The translations under genes were made by a program, and so were the position numbers. Below the pieces are notes generated by a model that was given only the letters and a program-made list of their open reading frames with translations, did not search any database and had not been told where the DNA came from. A DNA stretch of 64,000 nucleotides from Kaistella sp. (lineage in GTDB: Bacteria > Bacteroidota > Bacteroidia > Flavobacteriales > Weeksellaceae): NCBI RefSeq assembly GCF_041824135.1, contig NZ_JBGZYM010000084.1, forward strand, positions 102,067-166,066, read 5' to 3'. Below are positions 50,261 to 58,366 of this stretch, piece after piece (position 1 is the stretch's first letter; every line of letters starts with the position of its first letter).

Positions 50261-50287
50261 AAAACCCGATTGCTCGGGTTTTTTTTT
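50261..50287 (+). terminator. Intrinsic terminator
   Basis: aaaacccga / tcgggtttt stem plus T-tract. Confidence 0.85.
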
Positions 50288-50343
50288 ATTTTGGTCCGAA
50301 TGGCATGGTTTTTTGTACAGATAGAATAATTAATTATACTACT

Positions 50344-50823
50344 ATGAAAAATTTATTATTAGCAGGAATAGTTGGAGCAGCATTAACTGTTTCATGTTCT
50401 ACAGCCAAAACAGCGCAGTCTAACCGTGCAGAATTTTTGAAATTAAAAGGCGACTGGCAAATTACCAGTGTTAATTATGACAATAATTATAAAGTTAAGC
50501 CATTTGATGAAAACGCAGATGCTCAATGTTTCGTTGGAAGTCAGTGGAGATTAATTCCCAATAACTGGACCGGATCTTATACCATCAATGGTGGTGGCGA
50601 TTGTCCAAGTGTAATTCAACCAATCAAATTCGAAGTATCAAATGGAAATGAATTTAAATTCAAGAAATTGATGGAAGGTTCAAAAGCGAAAGCAGTAACT
50701 GCTGGTTATTCTCTTAATTTAGTGAGTCAAACGGCAGATGGATTCAGTTTAGAACAAAACATTCCTTCAGGTGGGGAAAATGTAAGAGTTGTTTACAACT
50801 TCGAAAGAACAGGAATGAAATAA
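50344..50823 (+). CDS. Lipocalin-like lipoprotein
   Basis: Lipobox LTVSC and LKGDW motif; ATG at 50344. Confidence 0.75.
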   Translation: MKNLLLAGIVGAALTVSCSTAKTAQSNRAEFLKLKGDWQITSVNYDNNYKVKPFDENADAQCFVGSQWRLIPNNWTGSYTINGGGDCPSVIQPIKFEVSNGNEFKFKKLMEGSKAKAVTAGYSLNLVSQTADGFSLEQNIPSGGENVRVVYNFERTGMK

Positions 50824-50856
50824 TACTATTAAAATTAAAATATTAAATAAAAAATT

Positions 50857-51552
50857 ATGAAAATTTTTAACAAAACAAATATCGCAGCTTTGTTTATCTC
50901 AGCATCAATGTTGACAATGACAAGTTGTGAAGCTGTAAAAAACTCAAACAATCAACAAAAAGGAACTGTAATCGGAACTGCAGCAGGAGCAATTTTAGGT
51001 GGTGTCCTTGGGAATAATTTAGGAAAAGGTAAAAACGCGCCTTTAGGAGCAGTCCTAGGTGGTGTAGTTGGTGGAGTTGCTGGTAACGTTATCGGTAACA
51101 AAATGGATAAGCAGGCTAAAGCGATTAAAGAAACTTTGCCAGGTGCAGAAGTTGAAAGAGTAGGTGAAGGAATTAAGGTAACGATGAAAGAAAACATGGT
51201 TAACTTCGGTTTTGACTCTTCAGATCTAACTGCTAGTGCAAAAGCAAATCTTGATAAACTGGCTCAAGTTTTAGTAGATAATGTAGACACGAACATTAAT
51301 ATTTATGGCTACACAGATAGTAAAGGAACTGATTCTTACAACCTTTCACTTTCTGATAGAAGAGCTGCAGCTGTGAAAAGCTACCTTGCATCGAAAGGAG
51401 TTTCTTCAATGAGAATGAATACAATGGGAATGGGTGAAGCTTCTCCTATTGCATCAAACAGTACCGATGCAGGTAGAGCAGAAAACAGAAGAGTAGAATT
51501 TGCAATTACTGCAAATGAAGATATGATTAACGATGCAAAAACTGCTCAGTAA
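50857..51552 (+). CDS. OmpA family lipoprotein with glycine zipper
   Basis: Lipobox, GAILGG..GAVLGG zipper, GYTD, LSDRRA and NRRVEF. Confidence 0.94.
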   Translation: MKIFNKTNIAALFISASMLTMTSCEAVKNSNNQQKGTVIGTAAGAILGGVLGNNLGKGKNAPLGAVLGGVVGGVAGNVIGNKMDKQAKAIKETLPGAEVERVGEGIKVTMKENMVNFGFDSSDLTASAKANLDKLAQVLVDNVDTNINIYGYTDSKGTDSYNLSLSDRRAAAVKSYLASKGVSSMRMNTMGMGEASPIASNSTDAGRAENRRVEFAITANEDMINDAKTAQ

Positions 51553-51576
51553 ATCAATATAAATATACTGATATAA

Positions 51577-51600
51577 GATCCGCTTCGGCGGATTTTTTTT
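51577..51600 (+). terminator. Intrinsic terminator
   Basis: atccgc-ttcg-gcggat plus T-tract. Confidence 0.88.
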
Positions 51601-51639
51601 ATTTAAAATTCACTAATTTTACCGTTGAATTTTATATGA

Positions 51640-52527
51640 ATGATGAAATATTTAAAACTGCTTCGCGTAGAGCAGTGGGTTAAGAATCTCTTTGTTTTTT
51701 TACCACTGTTTTTTTCGGGAAACATTACCCATTTTGACTTATTACTAAAAAGCGTTTTTGCTTTTATTGTATTCTCCCTCGTCGCAAGTAGTATTTATAT
51801 CATCAATGATTATTCAGATATTGAGTCCGATCGGAAACATCCTGAAAAAAAGAACCGTCCCCTTGCAAGTGGTGTAATTTCTAAAGGAACTGCGAAGATT
51901 ATTTTAATTATTCTCCTGGCTTTAATTGGTGTTGCAGTATTTTTTGCTAAAGATTTTTTACTTGATAATTTGTGGAAATTTGGAACGATTGTAGGCTTTT
52001 ATTTCGTCATGAATTTAGCGTACACTTTCAAATTAAAACATGTCGCGATTGTAGATGTGATGATCATTTCTATTGGGTTCGTTCTTCGTGTTTTAGCAGG
52101 AGGTTACGCCACTGGAATTCTAATTTCACAATGGGCGATCTTACTGACCTTCGTTTTAGCATTGGTTTTAGCAATAGGTAAAAGAAGAGGAGAATTGATT
52201 AACGCTCAAATTTCGGGTCGTACAAGAAAATCATTAGATGGCTATAATGTACAGTTTGCCGACATCGCACTTTCAATCAGTTGTGCTTTGGCAATTGTGT
52301 GTTATTTAATGTTTACATTATCTCCAGAAGTTCAGCAGCGATTTCATCCTCGCGTTTTTTATACGGTGATCTTTGTTGTTTTTGCTTTTTTACGCTATTT
52401 GCAACAGACTTTGGTCTATAACAAAACCGAATCTCCTACCAAAATTATTTATAAGGACAGATACATTCAGGTGACGTTAGTGCTTTGGTTGGCAGCGTTT
52501 TTATTACAAATTTATTTTAAGAAATGA
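51640..52527 (+). CDS. UbiA-family polyprenyl-phosphate phosphoribosyltransferase (DPPR synthase-like)
   Basis: R.EQWVKN, YIINDYSD.ESDR.HP.K..RPLASG and multiple TMs. Confidence 0.9.
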   Translation: MMKYLKLLRVEQWVKNLFVFLPLFFSGNITHFDLLLKSVFAFIVFSLVASSIYIINDYSDIESDRKHPEKKNRPLASGVISKGTAKIILIILLALIGVAVFFAKDFLLDNLWKFGTIVGFYFVMNLAYTFKLKHVAIVDVMIISIGFVLRVLAGGYATGILISQWAILLTFVLALVLAIGKRRGELINAQISGRTRKSLDGYNVQFADIALSISCALAIVCYLMFTLSPEVQQRFHPRVFYTVIFVVFAFLRYLQQTLVYNKTESPTKIIYKDRYIQVTLVLWLAAFLLQIYFKK

Positions 52528-53837
52528 AACCAGATTATAAACAGACGGTAACGAACTGGGGAAATTTTCCAGTGGTGGAAAAAGAAATGAAGTCCGAAGA
52601 CTCGTCTGCGAAAATACAGAAATATATTCGCGATAACCACGACATCATCGCTAGAGGAAACGGCAGATGTTATGGCGATGCAGCCCTTTCCGAAAATATA
52701 TTTTCGACCAAAAGACTTAATAAGTTTATCAGTTTCGATCGATTAAATGGAATAATTGAATGTGAATCTGGTGTTTTGCTTTCTGATGTTTTAGAGGTCA
52801 TTGTTCCTCAAGGTTACTTTCTTTTTGTAACTCCAGGTACTAAATTTATTACTGTTGGTGGTGCAATCGCTTCTGATGTTCATGGTAAAAATCATCATGC
52901 AGAAGGTTGTTTTTCAGAGTACGTTATTGAATTTTCTTTAATGAATGAAAAAGGAGAGATCCTGGCCTGTTCAAAAACTGAAAACGCGGATAAGTTCTGG
53001 TCCACAATTGGTGGAATGGGCTTAACCGGAATTATTCTTTCCGCTAAATTCAAATTAAAAAATATTGAAAGCTCTTATATTCGTCAGGAAAGCATCAAAG
53101 CTGAAAATTTAGATGAGATTTTTAAATTATTTGCCGAAAGTGAATCCTGGACTTATAATGTTGCTTGGATCGATTGTCTTCAAAAAGATAAAAATTTAGG
53201 AAGAAGCATCATGATGCGTGGCGAACATGCCTTTAAGCATGAATTACCAAAAAAATTACAGGATAATCCTTTGCTGGTCAAGAAAAACACCAGTCCTTCA
53301 ATTCCTTTCTATTTTCCAAATTTTGTACTAAATAATTTAACCGTTAAATTATTCAACTTTTTATATTACAGTAAACAGACTAAGAAGGAAGTTAAAAACT
53401 TTGTTCATTATGAATCATTTTTTTATCCATTAGATATTGTAAATGATTGGAACAGAATTTATGGTAAAAGTGGTTTTATTCAATATCAAATGGTGATTCC
53501 AAAGGAGAAAGGCAAAGAAGGAATGAAAAGAATTCTGGAGACCATTGCCAAAAGTGGAAACGGATCTTTTCTTGCGGTTTTAAAATTGTTCGGTAAAGAC
53601 AATCCCGAAGCATACAACTCCTTCCCGATGGAAGGTTATACGTTGGCATTGGATTTTAAAGTCAATAAGAAACTGAAAAAGTTAGTGGCTCAACTTGACG
53701 ATATCGTAGAAGAATTTGGCGGCAGAATTTATTTAACCAAAGATTCGATGAGTAAATCATCATTGACCAACTATCTGCAAAATGTTCAAAACCCGAAATT
53801 TATTTCAATGCAGCAAAAGAGAATTCAAAATAATTAA
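52524..53837 (+). CDS. FAD-linked oxidase, DprE1-like
   Basis: RGNGRCYGD, TPGTKFITVGGAIASDVHGKNHH, LAVLK, GYTLALDF and GGRIYLTKD. Confidence 0.9.
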   Translation: MKPDYKQTVTNWGNFPVVEKEMKSEDSSAKIQKYIRDNHDIIARGNGRCYGDAALSENIFSTKRLNKFISFDRLNGIIECESGVLLSDVLEVIVPQGYFLFVTPGTKFITVGGAIASDVHGKNHHAEGCFSEYVIEFSLMNEKGEILACSKTENADKFWSTIGGMGLTGIILSAKFKLKNIESSYIRQESIKAENLDEIFKLFAESESWTYNVAWIDCLQKDKNLGRSIMMRGEHAFKHELPKKLQDNPLLVKKNTSPSIPFYFPNFVLNNLTVKLFNFLYYSKQTKKEVKNFVHYESFFYPLDIVNDWNRIYGKSGFIQYQMVIPKEKGKEGMKRILETIAKSGNGSFLAVLKLFGKDNPEAYNSFPMEGYTLALDFKVNKKLKKLVAQLDDIVEEFGGRIYLTKDSMSKSSLTNYLQNVQNPKFISMQQKRIQNN

Positions 53838-53878
53838 TCTTCTTGAGATAATCCCATTCAGAAATTATACCATAAATT

Positions 53879-54604
53879 ATGATCGTTTTAGGAAGCAATT
53901 CAGAGGTTGCACAGGCATTTGTTGAGAAGACTTTAAGTGCGGGTGAGAAATTTTCGAAAATATATCTCTTCACTTCAAATAAAGAAACCACAGAGAAATT
54001 TGCGAAACATTTGGAGGTGAAATATGTTCAGCAATCAGAGATTATTGACCTCGATTTATTGAAACCGATTGACTACACTACTTTTGATGAAATAGATTCT
54101 GAACTCCTTTTTTGCGCCACAGGATATCTTGGTGAAGGGACAGAAGAAGGACTGTATGACAACAAAAATACGGAGAAAATCATCGATGTTAATTACGGAA
54201 AATTAGTTCCTGTTCTTAATTTTTTCGCCAATAAAATGGAGAGGCAAAGATCTGGAACGATGATCGTTCTTTCGTCTGTTGCAGGAGAACGCGGACGGCA
54301 AAGCAATTTTATTTATGGAAGTGCAAAAGCGGGTTTAACAGCTTTCCTAAGTGGATTAAGAAATTATCTGTTCAGTAAGAAAGTTCATGTGCTCACGGTG
54401 AAGCCTGGATTTATGGAAACGAAAATGACAGAAGGTTTGCCACTCAATCCTAAATTAACAGCAAGCCCAAAACAAGCTGCTGAAGGAATATATAACGCGT
54501 ATAAAAGTAAGAAAAACGTCGTTTATGTTCTGCCAGTTTGGAGCGTCATTATGTTGATTATCAGAAATATTCCAGAATTTATTTTTAAAAAATTAAAACT
54601 TTAA
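53879..54604 (+). CDS. SDR oxidoreductase, DprE2-like
   Basis: LSSVAGERGRQSNFIYGSAK and VKPGFM; operonic with the DprE1-like gene. Confidence 0.85.
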   Translation: MIVLGSNSEVAQAFVEKTLSAGEKFSKIYLFTSNKETTEKFAKHLEVKYVQQSEIIDLDLLKPIDYTTFDEIDSELLFCATGYLGEGTEEGLYDNKNTEKIIDVNYGKLVPVLNFFANKMERQRSGTMIVLSSVAGERGRQSNFIYGSAKAGLTAFLSGLRNYLFSKKVHVLTVKPGFMETKMTEGLPLNPKLTASPKQAAEGIYNAYKSKKNVVYVLPVWSVIMLIIRNIPEFIFKKLKL

Positions 54605-54660
54605 AACTTTAACATTTTAATTTGTAGTTTACCGAGAATAAATATTGAATTTTTAAGAAG

Positions 54661-55248
54661 ATGAAAAAATTATATTGCTTTGATTTTGATGGAACTTTAA
54701 CCTACAAAGACACCATGTTTTTGTATCTTAAATTCTATAATGCTTCGAAATTCCGAATTCAGTTTATTAAACATATTCCACTTTTTACTTTACTTAAATT
54801 AAATCTTTTAGATGCAGAGAAAGTGAAAAAAAGTTTTATTTCGTCGATTCTTAAAGGTCAGAGTAAAGCAAAAATTGAAAAAAAAGCACAAGAATTTTTT
54901 GAGCAATATTATCCAGAGATCTTTCGGGAGAATGCTTTAGATTTTATTAAAAATATTGATTATTCACAGACAGATTGCTACATCGTTTCCGCCTCCTTGG
55001 ATATTTGGGTAAAACCTTTTGCCGAAAAATTTAAAATGAATCTGATAGCCACAAAAGCAGAGTTCAAAAATGAGGTCTTTACTGGAAATTTCGTTGGAAA
55101 AAATTGTAATGGACCCGAGAAAGTGAATAGAATAAAAGAAGAGATTTCTGGCAAAAAATTCGATAAAGCCATCGCTTTCGGCGATACTTCTGGCGATCAA
55201 CAAATGTTGGATTGGGCAAATGAAGGTCAGTTTAAATTTTTTCATTAA
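54661..55248 (+). CDS. HAD-IB family phosphatase
   Basis: FDFDGT, VSAS, K and GDTSGD HAD motifs. Confidence 0.9.
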   Translation: MKKLYCFDFDGTLTYKDTMFLYLKFYNASKFRIQFIKHIPLFTLLKLNLLDAEKVKKSFISSILKGQSKAKIEKKAQEFFEQYYPEIFRENALDFIKNIDYSQTDCYIVSASLDIWVKPFAEKFKMNLIATKAEFKNEVFTGNFVGKNCNGPEKVNRIKEEISGKKFDKAIAFGDTSGDQQMLDWANEGQFKFFH

Positions 55249-55287
55249 TTTTAAACTCTGAAAAAATCTAAAAAAGTAAAAGTAAAA

Positions 55288-56463
55288 ATGAATAAAATTT
55301 ATTTGGATAATGCTGCGACTACGCCGCTATCTGAGGAGGTTATTGATGCAATGGTCGGTGTGTTAAAAAACAATTATGGGAATCCATCTTCCACACACAG
55401 TCTTGGTCAAGAGGCTAAAATACTCATCGAAAATGTAAGAAGAGATGTTGCTGAGTATCTGAAAGTAAGTCCGGCTGAAATTATTTTCACGTCTTGCGGA
55501 ACAGAATCCAATAATATGATTATAAAATCGTGTGTTGATCATTTGGCTGTGGAGCGGATTATTTCGTCACCTCTTGAGCACAAATGTGTGGCAGAAACGG
55601 TTATGGACATGAAGAAACGAAGAGGAGTAGAAGTTGCTTATCTTCGTCCTGATAAAAAAGGAGATTTTAGTTTAGAGCAATTAGAAAAACTTTTGAAAAG
55701 TTCTGACAAGAAGACTTTGGTAACCCTAATGCACGCCAATAACGAGATCGGAAATCTTATTGACATCAAAAAAATTGCGCAATTGTGCAAAGAAAATAAT
55801 GCTTTGTTCCATTCTGATACCGTTCAATCAATGGCTCACATGGATTTAGATTTTTCTGATATTCCAGTAGATTTTGCCTCTTGCAGTGCTCATAAATTCC
55901 ACGGTCCAAAAGGAAGCGGTTTTGCTTTCATTAGAAAAGCCTCAGGATTAAAGGGAATTATCACTGGCGGTCCACAGGAAAGAAGTCTGAGAGCAGGTAC
56001 AGAAAACGTTTGCGGAATCGTAGGTTTAGGAAAAGCTTTGGAAATCTATCTGAAAAATATGGATATTTACGCTAATCATATTAAAGATATCAAACAATAC
56101 ACAACTGATCAACTTTCGCAAAAAATTGCAGGAGTTAAATTCAACGGGAGAAGTGCTGAAATGGACAATAGTTTATATACGGTCCTAAGCGTTTTACTGC
56201 CTTTCAAAGACCCGATGATCGGCTTAAAGTTAGATATGAAGGGAATAGCGATTTCTCAGGGAAGCGCCTGTTCGTCTGGAGCGTCTAAACCTTCAATGGT
56301 AATGATGATGGTCGTCGATGAAGAAGAGATGGATCAAACAACACCTCTAAGAGTTTCTTTCAGCCACTTTACAACCAAAGAAGATATTGATGCTTTAGTC
56401 AATGCGGTAGAAGAAATAGCTGAAAGTTTTCAAATAGAAAAAGTAAATGTTGAACATAGATAG
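55288..56463 (+). CDS. Cysteine desulfurase (IscS/NifS-like)
   Basis: YLDNAATT, SAHKFHGPKG (PLP Lys) and GSACSSG. Confidence 0.94.
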   Translation: MNKIYLDNAATTPLSEEVIDAMVGVLKNNYGNPSSTHSLGQEAKILIENVRRDVAEYLKVSPAEIIFTSCGTESNNMIIKSCVDHLAVERIISSPLEHKCVAETVMDMKKRRGVEVAYLRPDKKGDFSLEQLEKLLKSSDKKTLVTLMHANNEIGNLIDIKKIAQLCKENNALFHSDTVQSMAHMDLDFSDIPVDFASCSAHKFHGPKGSGFAFIRKASGLKGIITGGPQERSLRAGTENVCGIVGLGKALEIYLKNMDIYANHIKDIKQYTTDQLSQKIAGVKFNGRSAEMDNSLYTVLSVLLPFKDPMIGLKLDMKGIAISQGSACSSGASKPSMVMMMVVDEEEMDQTTPLRVSFSHFTTKEDIDALVNAVEEIAESFQIEKVNVEHR

Positions 56464-56532
56464 ACAAAAGGGTAAATTAGCAAGAATATTGTAAATTTGT
56501 AGACTCAAAATTAATTTAAAAATTACATAAAA

Positions 56533-56850
56533 ATGGCATTAGAAATTACAGATCAATCATTTCAGGAAATGGTTTTGAATTCAGATAAACCGGTATTGGT
56601 AGATTTTTGGGCAGTATGGTGTGGACCGTGTAGAACACTTGGACCAATTATCGAAGAAGTAGCGACTGATTTCGAAGGAAAAGCAATCGTAGGAAAAGTA
56701 GATGTAGATAACAACCAGCAGGTTTCTGTGGACTACGGAATTAGAAATATTCCTACTGTTTTAATTTTCAAAAACGGAGAAGTGGTAGATAAAATTGTCG
56801 GTGTAGCTTCAAAAGAAGTGATCGCTGAAAAATTATCAGCACATTTATAA
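56533..56850 (+). CDS. trxA: Thioredoxin
   Basis: WCGPC motif in a 105-aa protein. Confidence 0.97.
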   Translation: MALEITDQSFQEMVLNSDKPVLVDFWAVWCGPCRTLGPIIEEVATDFEGKAIVGKVDVDNNQQVSVDYGIRNIPTVLIFKNGEVVDKIVGVASKEVIAEKLSAHL

Positions 56851-56872
56851 AAATAAATTGCTTGAAAATGAG

Positions 56873-56902
56873 TGCTTTCCTGATTAGGAGAGCATTTTTT
56901 TT
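56873..56902 (+). terminator. Intrinsic terminator after trxA
   Basis: tgctttcct / aggagagca stem plus T-tract. Confidence 0.75.
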
Positions 56903-56910
56903 GAATATTG

Positions 56911-56941
56911 TTTGTAGTGTACGATAAAATATGTACTTTTG
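56911..56941 (+). promoter_or_regulatory. Bacteroidota housekeeping promoter for the tRNA locus
   Basis: tttg (56911-56914), 19-nt spacer and tacttttg (56934-56941) match TTTG-N19-TAnnTTTG. Confidence 0.75.
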
Positions 56942-56982
56942 CACTCACCAAAAAGAAAGACGTTCTTTAGAAACTAAGACAA

Positions 56983-57055
56983 CACGATAACTCAATTGAT
57001 TAGAGCATCACCAAGTCACCTCCGTAAGAGTTGATGAATCGAGTTCAAGTCAAAA
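56983..57055 (+). pseudogene. Degenerate tRNA-like relic
   Basis: taactcaattgattagagc (D-arm-like), gtca at the anticodon spacing and gagttcaagtc (T-loop-like); stems broken. Confidence 0.5.
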
Positions 57056-57079
57056 TTGGTTTTATCAAAGCATAAAAAA

Positions 57080-57153
57080 GATCCGGTAGTTCAGCTGGTT
57101 AGAATGCCGCCCTGTCACGGCGGAGGTCGCGGGTTCGAATCCCGTCCGGATCG
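57080..57153 (+). tRNA. tRNA-Asp(GTC), copy 1
   Basis: 74-nt cloverleaf: GATCCGG/CCGGATC acceptor, CCGCC/GGCGG anticodon stem with CTGTCAC loop and TTCGAAT T-loop; CCA not encoded. Confidence 0.97.
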
Positions 57154-57223
57154 CTTTTTTATAAATTACTACTAATTTGTAAAATGCACTATAAAAGTTT
57201 ATCAATACTTTTTCAAAAAAATT

Positions 57224-57297
57224 GATCCGGTAGTTCAGCTGGTTAGAATGCCGCCCTGTCACGGCGGAGGTCGCGGGTTCGAATCCCGTCCGGATCG
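57224..57297 (+). tRNA. tRNA-Asp(GTC), copy 2 (identical to copy 1)
   Basis: Same 74-nt sequence as 57080-57153. Confidence 0.97.
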
Positions 57298-57300
57298 CTA

Positions 57301-57334
57301 ATCTCTCAAATAATTTTTGAGAGATTTTTTTTTT
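57301..57334 (+). terminator. Intrinsic terminator after tRNA-Asp, repeated in every array unit
   Basis: atctctcaaa / tttgagagat stem plus T-tract; copies at 57647, 57990 and 58335. Confidence 0.85.
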
Positions 57335-57335
57335 G

Positions 57336-57575
57336 ATGTGATTTTACGTTTACATACTTTATTCCGCAAGCTTAGATATTTACTACAAAGGTTTTTCGAC
57401 TGATGTAGAGAAGCGTCTGGAATACTATTTAAATTCAAAACATAAATTTACTTCTCAAACTAAAGATTGGGTGATTGTGTATGTTCAACAATTTGAGGAA
57501 AAAGAAGCAGCTTTGAAAGAAGAAAAAAGATTAAAGAAACTCAATCGTAAATCTATAGAGAATTTGATTGGTTAG
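57336..57575 (+). pseudogene. GIY-YIG nuclease copy 1, stop at codon 2
   Basis: atg tga ttt tac gtt tac..; the rest of the frame is open to ..ttg att ggt tag. Confidence 0.85.
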
Positions 57576-57679
57576 AATGCAGATCTGTCATCTCGTCAGC
57601 TGCTGACGAGACGGGTTCGAATCCTCTCGTTTCTGGAACGAGACAAATCTCTCAAATCATTTTGAGAGATTTTTTTTTG

Positions 57680-57910
57680 ATGAGATTTTACGTTTACATA
57701 CTTTATTCTGCAAGCTTAGATATTTACTACAAAGGTTTTTCGACTGATGTAGAGACGCGTCTGGAATATCATTTAAATTCAAAACATAAATTTACTTCCC
57801 AAACTACAGATTGGGTGATTGTGTATGTTCAACAATTTGCTGAAAAAGAAGCAGCTTTGAAAGAAGAAAAAAGATTAAAGAAACTAAACCGTAAATCCAT
57901 AGAAAATTGA
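57680..57910 (+). CDS. GIY-YIG nuclease copy 2, shortened by 3 residues through a 1-nt deletion near the 3' end
   Basis: MRFYVYILYS..YYKGFSTDVETRLEYH..ALKEEKRLK; ends gaa aat tga instead of gaa aaa ttg att ggt tag. Confidence 0.85.
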   Translation: MRFYVYILYSASLDIYYKGFSTDVETRLEYHLNSKHKFTSQTTDWVIVYVQQFAEKEAALKEEKRLKKLNRKSIEN

Positions 57911-58023
57911 TTGGTTAGAATGCCGATCTGTAATCTCGTCAGCAGCTGACGAGACGGGTTCGAATCCTCTCGTTTTTGGAACGAGACCAATCTCTCAAAT
58001 TATTTTTGAGAGATTTTTTTTTA

Positions 58024-58263
58024 ATGAAATTTTACGTTTACATACTTTATTCCGCAAGATTAGATGTTTACTACAAAGGTTTTTCAACTGATGTAGAAAA
58101 GCGTTTGGATTACCATTTAAATTCAAAACATAAATTTACTTCTCAAACAAAAGATTGGGTGATTATGTATGTTCAAGAATTTGCTGAAAAAGAAGCAGCT
58201 TTGAAAGAAGAAAAAAGATTAAAGAAACTAAACCGTAAATCCATAGAAAAATTGATTGGTTAG
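58024..58263 (+). CDS. Small stand-alone GIY-YIG nuclease, copy 3 (intact, 79 aa)
   Basis: FYVY..YYKG (GIY..YIG equivalents), conserved Arg in KRL and Glu in ALKEEK. Confidence 0.92.
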   Translation: MKFYVYILYSARLDVYYKGFSTDVEKRLDYHLNSKHKFTSQTKDWVIMYVQEFAEKEAALKEEKRLKKLNRKSIEKLIG

Positions 58264-58366
58264 AATGCCGCTGTGTCATCTCGTCAGCAGCTGACGAGAC
58301 GGGTTCGAATCCTCTCGTTTTTATAAGGAGACAAATCTCTCAAATTATTTTGGGAGATTTTTTTTA

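Noticed and set aside
57662-58023. N-terminal extensions of the GIY-YIG ORFs given by the ORF track (starts 57662 and 57976)
   Set aside because: They run through the terminator hairpin and palindromes; homologous ATGs align at 57336, 57680, 58024 and 58367.
57569-58335. Array spacers as functional tRNA genes
   Set aside because: They lack the 5' acceptor strand and 5' D-stem, and the anticodon and acceptor 3' strands are replaced.
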